From Gammaproteobacteria bacterium (GTDB lineage Bacteria; Pseudomonadota; Gammaproteobacteria; Eutrophobiales; Eutrophobiaceae), in assembly GCA_965116495.1 (NCBI GenBank), contig OZ220696.1, forward strand, positions 1,504,001 through 1,568,000: DNA of 64,000 nt. Reading direction: 5' to 3'. The notes under the pieces were generated by a model. That model saw only the letters and a list, made by a program, of their open reading frames with translations. It did not search any database and was not told where the DNA came from. Both the position numbers and the translations under genes were made by a program. Below are positions 1-9,688 of the stretch, in pieces (within the stretch, counting starts at the first letter, position 1; every line of letters starts with the position of its first letter).

Positions 1-2
1 GG

Positions 3-437
3 GCGCGCTATGACTTCGACCTGCCCATCAACGGCGGGACCGGCGCTTATATTTCCGCCGGCCTCAGCTACACCGGCGAGAGCAAGTCGGGCATCGCCGG
101 TAGCGCCTTCTCCGTTGAAGACACGCTCAGGCGCACCCACGGCGGCCGCGGGTCAGGACTCAAGATTGCCAATGAGGGCGGCAATTTTGCTGCCGGCAAC
201 TGCGGCGCCTACGACGCGCCCGTCGCCTGCCCGAACGGCAGGTACGTGCAGGATGACTATGTCCTGCTGGACCTTGCGGTCGGTTTCAGGAGTGATACCT
301 GGGGTGCGGAACTGTTCGTAAACAACGTGACGGACGAACGGGCCGAACTGCATGTCGATACCTTGCAGTACGTACCCAAGGTGGTAACCAACCGGCCGCG
401 TACCTTTGGCGTGCGTTTCTCCTACGACTACAACTAG
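3..437 (+). CDS. TonB-dependent receptor, C-terminal part (5' end outside window)
   Basis: Frame open from base 3 (ARYDFDLP...). Ends ELFVNNVTDERA...RPRTFGVRFSYDYN, the typical last beta-strands of a TonB receptor. Confidence 0.85.
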   Translation, partial: ARYDFDLPINGGTGAYISAGLSYTGESKSGIAGSAFSVEDTLRRTHGGRGSGLKIANEGGNFAAGNCGAYDAPVACPNGRYVQDDYVLLDLAVGFRSDTWGAELFVNNVTDERAELHVDTLQYVPKVVTNRPRTFGVRFSYDYN

Positions 438-456
438 CGTCAAAAAAAAGGAAGCG

Positions 457-495
457 AAAAAAGCCGGCGTGTCCATCAAACACGCCGGCTTTTTT
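457..495. terminator. Intrinsic (probably bidirectional) terminator
   Basis: AAAAAAGCCGGCGTGT-7 nt loop-ACACGCCGGCTTTTTT perfect hairpin with A and T tracts, just after the receptor stop. Confidence 0.85.
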
Positions 496-547
496 GTGCT
501 ACAATCGAGCCGTCGTAAACAACAATGGACTATAAGGAGATATCAAG

Positions 548-886
548 ATGGCTGTAGCGATGTTTGACACACATGTATTTGTAAAAGAACTTGTGCAGGT
601 TGGCATGCCGGAAGAGCAGGCAGAGGTTTTGGCGCGAACCCATACAACGCTGATTGACGAAAAGCTTGCGACCAAGAGGGGTTTGAAAGAACTGGAGCTG
701 GCTACGAAGAGGGATTTGAAAGAATTGGAAACTGGCCTCAAACGCGACATGAAAGGAATGGAAACCGGCCTCAAACGCGATATGAAAGAAATGGAGCTGC
801 GGTTGAAACACGATTTGACGGTGCGCCTCGGTTCCATGATGGTGCTTGCAATCGGTGTAGTCGCCGCGCTGGTCAAATTGCTGTGA
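548..886 (+). CDS. DUF1640/CCDC90-family coiled-coil protein
   Basis: FDTHxFVKxL...G.PEEQAE, LATKRDL, 11-aa repeats, C-terminal TM helix; AGGAG RBS upstream. Confidence 0.8.
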   Translation: MAVAMFDTHVFVKELVQVGMPEEQAEVLARTHTTLIDEKLATKRGLKELELATKRDLKELETGLKRDMKGMETGLKRDMKEMELRLKHDLTVRLGSMMVLAIGVVAALVKLL

Positions 887-2961
887 AACCGGGGCAAGCC
901 GGCACATCTGAAAATCTCACCCAAGCAAAAGAACTGATCCGGACAGCCAGGTTTGGTGATGCAATCTTTTGGCTGAAACAACTGCTTGCCTCAGAACCGG
1001 AAGACGACGACCGGGTGGAGGCCCTGTATATGCTGGCCGTCGCACAGCGTTACGGCAATCAGCCCGGCAAGGCTTTGACGACACTCGATACCCTGCTTGC
1101 CGATAATTCCGAATATGCACGAGCCCACCAGGAACGCGGCCACCTCTTTTTATCCCTTAACCGCGGCGAAGACGCTGCCCGGGCTTATGCCAGGGCGGTT
1201 GAATTAAACCCTGCCCTGAAAGCAAGCCTGAATGCGCTCGTCAACCTGGAAGAACGCGCCGGCAGGAAGGAACTGGCCCTGCCGGCCCGTGAAAGGCTGG
1301 ATTTTCTCAACCGGCTGCCTGCGGAACTGGTCAACGTGCTGGACCTCGTCCACGAGAATAAACTCTACAAGGCCGAACAGTTGTGCAGGGATTACCTGCA
1401 AAAACACAAACACCACATCGAAGCCATGCGTCTCCTGGCCGAAATAGGAGTACGGCTGAGCATTTACGATGATGCTGAATTCCTGCTGGAAAGCTGCGTG
1501 GAATTTGCGCCGGACCACGTTCAGGCCCGCATCGATTACGTCAATATCCTGATCCGGAAAACCCGGTTCGAGAAGGCACACGAACAAGCCAAAATCCTGC
1601 TGGATCTGGAACCGGATAATCCGGGCTTCCAAAGCACCCTGGCCGGCACGCTCGTCGGCCTGGGCAGGTTCGATGAAGGCATTGCCCTGTACGAAAAGGT
1701 ATTGGACACCCACCCCGGCCGCGCCGAGTTGCATGTTCAGGTGGGCCATGCCCGGAAAACCACGGGCCTGCTGGATAACGCGATTCAATCCTACCGGGAC
1801 GCGTACAGTCGCAGACCCGATTTCGGCGATGCCTACTGGAGTCTCGCCAACACCAAGACCTATCAGTTTACGGATGATGAGATCGACCTCATCAGGCATA
1901 ATGCCGACGCCCCGGGCGTATCGTTAAACGACAGGATTCACCTGTGTTTTGCCGGCGGCAAGGCGCTGGAAGACCGCGGTGAATATGCCGCTTCATTCGC
2001 CAGTTATGAGAAAGGCAATAATCTCAAGATGAGGCAGACCGGCTACAGGATTGAAAAGATGGAAGCGCGCGTCCAGGCGCAGACAGAGACCTGTACCAGC
2101 GAACTCTTTGAGAACCGGCAAGGTGTTGGGCTCGATTGCAGAGATCCGATCTTCATTGTCGGCCTGCCCCGCTCCGGTTCCACCCTGCTGGAACAGATCC
2201 TGGCGTCTCACAGTATGGTGGACGGCACCATGGAACTGCATAACATACTTGCCCTGGCGCAGAAACTGCGCGGAAGGGAATCTGAGAAGACCTCCAGATA
2301 TCCCGCTATCCTGCATGAATTGGAAGAAGACTATTTCCGTCGCTTTGGGGAGCAATTTATCAGGGATACCCGGATCTATCGCGCCGATGCGCCCCTGTTC
2401 ATCGACAAGATGCCGAATAACTTCATGCACGTCGGACTCATCCGCCTCATATTGCCGAATGCCAGGGTGATCGACGCCCGGCGCGAACCCATGGCCTGTT
2501 GTTTCAGTTGCTTCAAGCAGTTATTCGGTGAGGGCCAGGAGTTTACCTACGGCCTGGAGGAAGTAGGACGCTATTACCGCGCCTACGTGCGGTTGATGGA
2601 CCACTGGGACCGTGTACTGCCCGGTTTTGTCCTGCGTGTGATGCACGAAGACGTGGTCAACGACCTGGAAACCCAGGTGCGACGCATCCTCGATTTCTGC
2701 GACTTGCCTTTTGAAGAGGCCTGTATCAACTTCCACGAAACCGAACGCAGCGTCAGGACGCCCAGTTCCGAACAGGTCAGGCAACCCATCTACCGCAGCG
2801 GCCTGGAGCAATGGCGTAATTTCGAACCCTGGCTGGACCCACTGAAACAGGCGCTGGGGCCTGAGATCCTCGGAGTTCGTCATTCCGGCGAAAGCCCCTC
2901 TCGTCATTCCGGCGAAAGCCCCTCTCGTCGTTCCGGCGAAAGCCGGAATCCAGCGAAATAA
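883..2961 (+). CDS. TPR-repeat sulfotransferase (Sulfotransfer_3 type)
   Basis: N-terminal TPR helices; PAPS motifs PIFIVGLPRSGSTLLEQIL, DKMPNNF, RREPMACCFS. C-terminal tail comes from a REP-like repeat. Confidence 0.92.
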   Translation: MKPGQAGTSENLTQAKELIRTARFGDAIFWLKQLLASEPEDDDRVEALYMLAVAQRYGNQPGKALTTLDTLLADNSEYARAHQERGHLFLSLNRGEDAARAYARAVELNPALKASLNALVNLEERAGRKELALPARERLDFLNRLPAELVNVLDLVHENKLYKAEQLCRDYLQKHKHHIEAMRLLAEIGVRLSIYDDAEFLLESCVEFAPDHVQARIDYVNILIRKTRFEKAHEQAKILLDLEPDNPGFQSTLAGTLVGLGRFDEGIALYEKVLDTHPGRAELHVQVGHARKTTGLLDNAIQSYRDAYSRRPDFGDAYWSLANTKTYQFTDDEIDLIRHNADAPGVSLNDRIHLCFAGGKALEDRGEYAASFASYEKGNNLKMRQTGYRIEKMEARVQAQTETCTSELFENRQGVGLDCRDPIFIVGLPRSGSTLLEQILASHSMVDGTMELHNILALAQKLRGRESEKTSRYPAILHELEEDYFRRFGEQFIRDTRIYRADAPLFIDKMPNNFMHVGLIRLILPNARVIDARREPMACCFSCFKQLFGEGQEFTYGLEEVGRYYRAYVRLMDHWDRVLPGFVLRVMHEDVVNDLETQVRRILDFCDLPFEEACINFHETERSVRTPSSEQVRQPIYRSGLEQWRNFEPWLDPLKQALGPEILGVRHSGESPSRHSGESPSRRSGESRNPAK
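2878..2953. repeat. REP/RPE-like palindromic repeat, tandem, inside coding sequence
   Basis: Two copies of 24-bp CGTCATTCCGGCGAAAGCCCCTCT, then CGTCGTTCCGGCGAAAGCCGGAATCCAG. Confidence 0.85.
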
Positions 2962-4814
2962 TGAACAAACTCGCACAATCAACCATTAAATCCTTATTCG
3001 AGTTATACCGGTCCGGCGATTACCGAACATTGCTGGAACGGACGCGCTCCCTGCTCGAGACAAACCCCGATGAGTTGGCCCTGCACAGCCTGTCAGGTTC
3101 GGCCTGTCTGGAACTGGAAGAGTATGACGCTGCAATCCACAGCTACCAGGCGGCGCTGTCCATCAAACCGGACTTCACCAAGATACATAACAGCCTGGGG
3201 ATCGCTTTTCTCCGTAACGGACAACTGAAGGAAGCGGCCGGCAGTTTTCACAATGCCGTCAGGTATGACTCGCAATTCGCCCAGGCCTGGTTCAATCTCG
3301 GCATCGTCTACGAGAACCGGCAGCGACTGCCGGAAGCCGCCGGTTACTATAAGAAGGCAACGCTGCTCAACCCGGTTTATTACCAGGCCTTCAGTTCACT
3401 GGCAAAACTGCTGTGGGAATTACGGGAGCCTGATCAGGTTGAGACGTATTTTGAAAAAGCGCTGGCCATCCAGGAATCTTACCTGCCCGCGCACCTGGGG
3501 TTAATGCACTTCCTTGAACAAAGCAATCAACATGACAAGTTACGCAATGCCGTAGCCCGGGCCCGCGACGCGTTTGGTTCACATGTTCAGGTCAGGCTCT
3601 ACGAAGGTATCCTGACCGATATCAAGGGCGAGCATGAAAAAGCGAGATCGTTACTGGAGGCATTCTCCATCGAACCGGCAGACGCCTTGACCAGACACGG
3701 AGAGAGAACGCGGCTGGCCCGTCTGACCCATCTCTGCGACAGGCTGCATGATACCGCCGCAGCGATTCGATACGCGCAAAGAGCTAATGACCTGTCCCGG
3801 GAGATGAGCACCGCCAAGGGTATCGACAAGTCGGGATTCCTGCAATTTGTAGAAAACCGGCGGCGCTATTTTGTCGCCGTGAACATCAACCAATGGCCTG
3901 TTCATAATCCCGGCGAAAGCCCCTCTCGTCGTTCCGGCGAAAGCCGGAACCCAGTAAAACACAGAGTCGCCTCCAGCGACACATCTTTCGACAAGATACC
4001 GGGTCAAGCCCGGCATGACGACCCGGCAGGTCAAGCCCGGCATGACGAAAGAAATGATCCCGTGTTCATCATCGGCTTCCCCCGCTCCGGCAGCACGTTG
4101 CTCGACACGCTGCTGCGGGGACACCCGGACATTCGGGTGGCGGAAGAGTCCGACGCTGTGTCTGCAATGGTGAATCGGCTCTCGGGGCAATCGGATGAAC
4201 GACTCGAAACTCTGGCTGACCTGCCGGACCAGGACATTGAGGATTTCAGGCAACACTATTTCAATGCGCTGGCTCGCCACGTAAAACCAGATGACGGCGT
4301 CGTGCTCATCGACCGGTTTGCCCTCGACATCATTTACGCCGGCGAAATAGTTCGCCTGTTCCCGCAGGCCAGGTTCGTCCTCCTGTTACGCCACCCCGCC
4401 GATTGTGTATTGAGTTGCCTCATGCAAACCTTCTACGAAACTTCGGCAAACGCCAGTTTTTTCACCCTGGAAGACAGCGCCCACCTGTATGACCAGGTAT
4501 TCGGCCTGTGGCGGCAATACACCGACACCCTGCAATTGAACGTGCTCCAGGTGAAATACGAAGAGTTGATCGCGGACGTCGAATCAACCTGCCGCCGGAT
4601 AACGGACTTTCTGGAAATGCCCTGGCACCCGGGTATCCTGGAACACGAGCGAACCGCCATGGACAGGCCCCTCATCGGCACCGCAAGCTATAACCAGGTA
4701 ACCCGTCCCCTGTATGCCGAAGCGCAGGGCCGCTGGCAGCGCTACCGCGCTGAGATGCAGGCGGTGCTGCCGGTACTCGAGCCCTGGATACGTTATTTTG
4801 AATATGAAGAATGA
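2961..4814 (+). CDS. TPR-repeat sulfotransferase, second paralogue
   Basis: TPRs; VFIIGFPRSGSTLLDTLL and RHPADCVLS motifs; start overlaps the previous stop. Confidence 0.9.
   Translation: MNKLAQSTIKSLFELYRSGDYRTLLERTRSLLETNPDELALHSLSGSACLELEEYDAAIHSYQAALSIKPDFTKIHNSLGIAFLRNGQLKEAAGSFHNAVRYDSQFAQAWFNLGIVYENRQRLPEAAGYYKKATLLNPVYYQAFSSLAKLLWELREPDQVETYFEKALAIQESYLPAHLGLMHFLEQSNQHDKLRNAVARARDAFGSHVQVRLYEGILTDIKGEHEKARSLLEAFSIEPADALTRHGERTRLARLTHLCDRLHDTAAAIRYAQRANDLSREMSTAKGIDKSGFLQFVENRRRYFVAVNINQWPVHNPGESPSRRSGESRNPVKHRVASSDTSFDKIPGQARHDDPAGQARHDERNDPVFIIGFPRSGSTLLDTLLRGHPDIRVAEESDAVSAMVNRLSGQSDERLETLADLPDQDIEDFRQHYFNALARHVKPDDGVVLIDRFALDIIYAGEIVRLFPQARFVLLLRHPADCVLSCLMQTFYETSANASFFTLEDSAHLYDQVFGLWRQYTDTLQLNVLQVKYEELIADVESTCRRITDFLEMPWHPGILEHERTAMDRPLIGTASYNQVTRPLYAEAQGRWQRYRAEMQAVLPVLEPWIRYFEYEE
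3909..4047. repeat. REP-like doublet inserted in frame in the domain linker
   Basis: Left arm ...CGTCGTTCCGGCGAAAGCCGGAACCCAG (to 3954); right arms GATACCGGGTCAAGCCCGGCATGACG (3995-4020) and GGTCAAGCCCGGCATGACG (4029-4047). Confidence 0.8.
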
Positions 4815-4818
4815 GAAG

Positions 4819-4840
4819 GGGACGGACTTAAGTCCGTCCC
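4819..4840. repeat. GGGACGGA-type palindrome between convergent genes
   Basis: GGGACGGACTTAAGTCCGTCCC; related copy at 32009-32031. Confidence 0.7.
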
Positions 4841-4859
4841 TGATTGAGGTGGCAGGGTC

Positions 4860-5035
4860 GTTAAAAACGGTAAACGAATTCTTGCTCTGGTAGTTGAAAT
4901 CACCCTGTCCATGACGCGCAGCCAACCGATTACCCGCTCCGCCTGGTGTGACCCGTTCACGACATCGTGGGTAAAAACCAGGTCGTAATCCTCACGGGTG
5001 CCGTGGTCCATTACGGTAAAATTCACTTCACTCAC
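4860..5035 (-). pseudogene. N-terminal remnant of an HD-domain protein (PhnZ/TmpB-like)
   Basis: MSEVNFTVMDHGTREDY resembles the N-terminus of these HD proteins. Similarity ends after about 45 aa, before any HD motif. Confidence 0.55.
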
Positions 5036-5049
5036 AACTGTTACCTCAT

Positions 5050-6045
5050 TCAGTTCTCCACATGCTCGACAAATTGATCGTAGATGTCGGACGCCAGGGC
5101 CGCGCGCAGTATACGTTGTACGATGACGGGGTTCACGCCGATTTCGTTGGACGCAATAAGCAGGGCGCGGCGGTCCGGGTGTAATTCACTTTTTACCCGG
5201 TCAATCAGGCGCCGGTAATGGGGCAGCCCCTGTTTGCGTATACCGTAACGGTGCCAGGCTTCCCGCCAGTCGCTGGCAAAATCCGTCAATAACTGTGTAT
5301 AACGTTCCACCAGGACTGGGTCATTAGCGGGATGATCCTCGAATTCACGGACCAGGTCAGCTACCAGTGCATCAATTTCCCCGGGCGCCATGACCGGTGA
5401 AATATTGTAATTCTCGGTGAGGATGTTCACCTGCTTGTCCGGCTCGTACGGCACGAATTCAACTTGCCTGCCGACGTCTGCGCGGTCCCCAGCGGGATCG
5501 GCTTCAAGTGCCTGGCTTACCAGCCTCCAGAAACGTGATGAACCCGCCAGGTCTATCACCAGGTGTATCCGGTCCTGCGCGCCGGCGTTGATCACGTTGT
5601 GCCGGCGCCAGTTATCGAAGATCCAGCATTCGCCCTCCCGCATGTGGACGTTTTCGGCGCCGCAATAAAATACTACTCCGGGATTCGTACTGGTCGGTAT
5701 GTGTATGCGTACCCGGGAATACCAGTGGTAATTAAAATCGACGTGGTACTGCACTTCGCAGCCCGCATCCAGTTTCATCAGGCGGGAGCGCGCCAATACC
5801 TCGCCAAAACTCGCCATGACCTGGCAGTGGTATGGACAATGATCAAGGTGGGGGGTGGCCGCCATGCGCCCACCGAATTCATCGTTGTCCCCGCCGGCCC
5901 TGGAAATGAGCGCAACGGCCGAGTTGCCCTTCAGTCCCAACGGGTGCGGCCTCCAGGCAACCTGTTCCAGGTGCGCAGCTTCCTGCGCCAGGCGGGCGGC
6001 GTCAAAGGCCAGTGGAAGGCGGATGAAGGGTCTGGCGAGTTTCAT
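5050..6045 (-). CDS. Aspartyl/asparaginyl beta-hydroxylase domain protein (Fe/2OG oxygenase)
   Basis: HVD...RIHIP...FDNWRRH.V.N...RIHLVID; additional helical C-terminal region. Confidence 0.88.
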   Translation of the reverse strand: MKLARPFIRLPLAFDAARLAQEAAHLEQVAWRPHPLGLKGNSAVALISRAGGDNDEFGGRMAATPHLDHCPYHCQVMASFGEVLARSRLMKLDAGCEVQYHVDFNYHWYSRVRIHIPTSTNPGVVFYCGAENVHMREGECWIFDNWRRHNVINAGAQDRIHLVIDLAGSSRFWRLVSQALEADPAGDRADVGRQVEFVPYEPDKQVNILTENYNISPVMAPGEIDALVADLVREFEDHPANDPVLVERYTQLLTDFASDWREAWHRYGIRKQGLPHYRRLIDRVKSELHPDRRALLIASNEIGVNPVIVQRILRAALASDIYDQFVEHVEN

Positions 6046-6746
6046 GGCGTGTCCGGCGTGTACTCCTTGCTTGTCAACGGTACGGTGGCAATCTTTCCTG
6101 CATCATAACCGAAAAGTTCGAAATCCATGCGGTAATAGTCGGCAATCGACTCCTGCAGGGCAGCGTCATAATAACACTCGTAATCCCGGTGCCGGGACTC
6201 ATTCCTGCGACTCAATCCCGATGGGACAAGACCTACCTGGCGACAGATCTCATCGAATGACTCCTGCAGGGTCTCATAGTGTCCCACGTAGTCCATCATG
6301 AGCCGATCATTCTCATCCGTGAGTAACCGGTACTGGGGTTTCACCAGGACCCGCTGCCGGAAGCGCGTATTGTCAAGGGCCTGGCGCATGAATTTGACCT
6401 CGTTTCCGGCAAACCCGCGGTTGCGGCGATTAAGAAAAAAACAGGTCGAAACATACCGGTCAAAGGGATTCCGGACAAAACCGAATTTGAAATAGGAAGA
6501 CCAGGTTTGCGCCGGCAGACACGCCCTGACCTGCCGGAAGGAAACATGACCGTGCTTGAGGGCGGCGATGTCCGGAACCGGGATGCGCTGTTCACCGAAC
6601 AACGCCTGCTGCTCCCAGTCGTCCTCACCCAGGTGCGGCCTGAGCGCCTGGCGCACGGCATGGGTTGCCGTCCTGGGGACGGCAAAGAAAATAAACCGAT
6701 GTTTATGAGAGATGATCACTGATGAATATATAGACTTTGCCATCAT
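6042..6746 (-). CDS. Sulfotransferase family 2 protein
   Basis: IISHKHRFIFFAVPRTA, FVRNPFDRYVS, Y..DFELFGY; overlaps the hydroxylase start by 4 bp. Confidence 0.88.
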   Translation of the reverse strand: MMAKSIYSSVIISHKHRFIFFAVPRTATHAVRQALRPHLGEDDWEQQALFGEQRIPVPDIAALKHGHVSFRQVRACLPAQTWSSYFKFGFVRNPFDRYVSTCFFLNRRNRGFAGNEVKFMRQALDNTRFRQRVLVKPQYRLLTDENDRLMMDYVGHYETLQESFDEICRQVGLVPSGLSRRNESRHRDYECYYDAALQESIADYYRMDFELFGYDAGKIATVPLTSKEYTPDTP

Positions 6747-6820
6747 CCACCCTGGCCGGGTGGGTCTTCAGGTCAATGCATACCGGCGCGCCTTTCGCCT
6801 TGCCGTAAGGAACAGGTCAT

Positions 6821-7786
6821 TCATGCTTCGGAATACTTGGCGCGCTCCTGGGTAGGCCTGAGCTTGAAATACTCGTGGTAACATTTGCTGAAGTGCTGTA
6901 AGGATTTGAAGCCGGTTTCTATTGCGATCCCACGTACGTTCGTGCCGGTGTGACGCAGGAGATTACGCGCGGCAATCAGCCGCAACCTCAGGTAATACTG
7001 GCTCGGGGAATAGTGGAAATATTGCCGAAACGCTCGCTCCAGTTGCCGTGTGGATACATTGAGGTATTTGGCAATCTCTTCTACGAACAACGGTTCGGAA
7101 ATATTATTGCGCATGAGCAGCACGGCTTCATTCAGGTAATCCGGCGCGCCTGGGGCCTGGCTGCGTACCGATATATACTGGGGCTCTCCCCGCTCCCTGA
7201 TGCGGTCAACCGTAAACTGTTCGGAAATAGCCGAGGCGACCTCCCGGTTGTAGTCGCGTCGAATCAGGAACAGCATCAGGTCCAGCGGCGCCGTGCCGCC
7301 GGCACAGGTAAAACGCCGGCGGTCAATCTCAAACAACTCGTCGGTCACCTTCAACCGGGGAAATTCTTCTCGCAGGCTGCCTATGTTTTCCCAGTGTATC
7401 GTGCAGCGGTGATCGTTAAGCACACCGGATTTTGCCAACAGGTATGAGCCGGTACATAACGCACCCATAGGTAAACTGGTACAGGCAAGCCGGCGCAATG
7501 CCTTGCCCAGCGGCGGATTCCAGGAGTCCTTGACATGGACACCGGCACAGACGAACAGCATGTCCAGTTTTTTTGCCTGGTCAAACGGAAGTGTAGGCTG
7601 GATTTGCAGGTTGGCGCTTGATGTGACGGGGGCGTCGTCAAAAGTCAAAACGGACCAGCGATACAGCTCCTGCTCCGAGGTTAGATTTGCCATACGCAAC
7701 GCTTCAACCGCCGAGGAAAACGCTATCAGCGTAAAGTTGGGCACCAGCAGGAATCCGTAATGGAGTGGTTGTTTGGCAGCTACCAC
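6821..7786 (-). CDS. GlxA/GbdR-family transcriptional regulator (DJ-1/PfpI + AraC)
   Basis: FLLVPNFTLIAFSSAVEALRMAN, CTIHWEN, TCAGGTAPLDLML, AraC HTH. Start moved to GTG 7786, which has a GGAGGG RBS. Confidence 0.92.
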   Translation of the reverse strand: MVAAKQPLHYGFLLVPNFTLIAFSSAVEALRMANLTSEQELYRWSVLTFDDAPVTSSANLQIQPTLPFDQAKKLDMLFVCAGVHVKDSWNPPLGKALRRLACTSLPMGALCTGSYLLAKSGVLNDHRCTIHWENIGSLREEFPRLKVTDELFEIDRRRFTCAGGTAPLDLMLFLIRRDYNREVASAISEQFTVDRIRERGEPQYISVRSQAPGAPDYLNEAVLLMRNNISEPLFVEEIAKYLNVSTRQLERAFRQYFHYSPSQYYLRLRLIAARNLLRHTGTNVRGIAIETGFKSLQHFSKCYHEYFKLRPTQERAKYSEA

Positions 7787-7822
7787 AAATCCCTCCGAAT
7801 CATTGTAATAATAGCACGGAGG

Positions 7823-7943
7823 AATGGGGTCAGGTCGCACATTGCACACACTGCCGAAATGGGTGCGAACATGTGACAAACCTCAGTGTGTGCAATGTGC
7901 GACCTGACCCCATTTTACTCTGCGACCTGACCCCATTTTACTC
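7823..7943. repeat. 31-bp perfect inverted repeat (GGGGTCAG family) plus 23-bp tandem duplication
   Basis: 7823-7853 is the exact reverse complement of 7884-7914. TGCGACCTGACCCCATTTTACTC occurs at 7898-7920 and 7921-7943. Confidence 0.85.
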
Positions 7944-7947
7944 TGGA

Positions 7948-9537
7948 TTAAATCTCGCGTACTTCCGTTGCGCCGTCCTGACGGTGTTCAAGTGCATATT
8001 TAACCGACCTGAGCGTATTACCAAAGTCCTTATGCAGCCATTTGAATAAGGATACCTGAAGGATAACCAGAACCGGGATCAACGGCAATGCGGCAATTAC
8101 CGTTGACGTCTGTACAGTCTTCAAGCCGCCGGCCGCGATCAGTCCGACCGCTATGACGGCAAGAGCAAAGGCCCAGGCAAAACGGTTCCAGCGGGCCGGT
8201 TGCCCCTCGCCGGTCAGGTTCTTGGTACTCATGCTGGACAGTACGTAAGCGGCGGAGTCCAGCGTCGTAGCGAGGAAAATAATGCACAGGAGAGTAAATA
8301 TGAACAGCGTGAGCGACCCGCCCGGAAGGCTGCCGACGATGGCAACGACAGCGGCGGGGATACCTGATTCGTTCAGCACAGAGGATATGTCCAGAGTGCC
8401 GTTGATCTCCATATCCAGGGAATACCCGCCACCGATTGCAAAAAAGGCCATGCAACCAAGGCTCCCCCATATCATCTGGCCGATGATGACCTCCCTGATC
8501 GTACGCCCCCTGGAAATGCGCGCCACGAACAGTCCGACCATCGGCGCATAAGCAATCCACCAGCCCCAGTAGAACACCGTCCAATCCTCGGGGAAGCCGC
8601 TTTTTGTAACCGGATCCATCCAGAAACTCATGCGGAACAGGTTGTCCAGCAGCAGGCCGAAACTGTTTACAGACATATTCAGGATGAATACGGTCGGACC
8701 GACAACCAGCACGAATATCAGGAACAGGATGGCGAACACTGCGTTCACGTCGGCCAGGATCCGGATACCCTTCTCCAGTCCCATGTAAACGCTTGTTACA
8801 AAGATGGCGGTCCACACCACCAGGACGCCGAATTGCAACATACGCGTATCCGGCAGGGAAAAAGATTCGGCGACAAGTGCAGAGACAAGGGGAAGACCCA
8901 GTCCCAGACTGGTGCCGGTACCGCCTATGATGGCGATGATCACAATCACATCGATTCCGGTGCCAAACCAGCCGGCGCTGTGCCGGCCGAGCACACCGGC
9001 GCTTGCGGTGCTGATCCTGCAGAAAGGCTGTTTTCGCACATACAGGGAATAGGCAATCGGTAACGCCGGCAACGCGTAGAAAGCCCAGGGAACTATCGAC
9101 CAGTGAAACTGGCCGTACATGTGCGCCCACTCGGCCGCCTCCGGTGTACCTGCCCCGACTCCGAACGGGGGCGATTGGAAATAATATATAGGTTCGACAA
9201 ATGCCCAGTTGGTAAGGCCGATGCCTATCCCCACGGTAAACATCATGGCAATCCAGCTTAGCTTCGAGAACTCGGGGCCGTCGTCAGGGGCGCCTAATTT
9301 TACCCGTCCGTAACGACTGAACGCCAGCCAGGTAAGCACCGCGATGGTGCTGAAGCCCACCAGGAGATACAACCAGCCGAAATAGCCGGTAACCACCTGC
9401 AGCGCATCATCGAGAAGCAACTGGGCACGCTCGGGTTTCAGGACCAGCAACGCGGCGATGATCATGACCAGGATAAAGGTCGGCAGGAAAACCCTTTTAT
9501 CCAGGGCCGGTTGCAGGGATGGAGGGCTTGAATTCAC
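7948..9537 (-). CDS. BCCT family transporter
   Basis: WIAMMFTVGIGIG, WTVFYWGWWIAYAPMVGLFVARISRGRTIRE. Confidence 0.95.
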   Translation of the reverse strand: MNSSPPSLQPALDKRVFLPTFILVMIIAALLVLKPERAQLLLDDALQVVTGYFGWLYLLVGFSTIAVLTWLAFSRYGRVKLGAPDDGPEFSKLSWIAMMFTVGIGIGLTNWAFVEPIYYFQSPPFGVGAGTPEAAEWAHMYGQFHWSIVPWAFYALPALPIAYSLYVRKQPFCRISTASAGVLGRHSAGWFGTGIDVIVIIAIIGGTGTSLGLGLPLVSALVAESFSLPDTRMLQFGVLVVWTAIFVTSVYMGLEKGIRILADVNAVFAILFLIFVLVVGPTVFILNMSVNSFGLLLDNLFRMSFWMDPVTKSGFPEDWTVFYWGWWIAYAPMVGLFVARISRGRTIREVIIGQMIWGSLGCMAFFAIGGGYSLDMEINGTLDISSVLNESGIPAAVVAIVGSLPGGSLTLFIFTLLCIIFLATTLDSAAYVLSSMSTKNLTGEGQPARWNRFAWAFALAVIAVGLIAAGGLKTVQTSTVIAALPLIPVLVILQVSLFKWLHKDFGNTLRSVKYALEHRQDGATEVREI

Positions 9538-9688
9538 TTAGTGTACAGTCTGTGGGTTGGCGCCAGCATACCATTACCAGGGTAATATTAAAAGAAATCC
9601 CGGCCGGCATAAGGGTTCATCCGGACCCGGCGGCAGGGAATTAATGGAGTCAGACTCGATTGATTTTCAAAATGGGGTCTGCTCCCAT

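Noticed and set aside
2878-2953. Possible CRISPR array (24-bp repeats)
   Set aside because: Units are directly tandem with no unique spacers, no cas genes are present, and they match the REP-like family.
7787-7879. N-terminal extension of the GlxA ORF
   Set aside because: Translates the inverted repeat; a better RBS and start lie at 7786.
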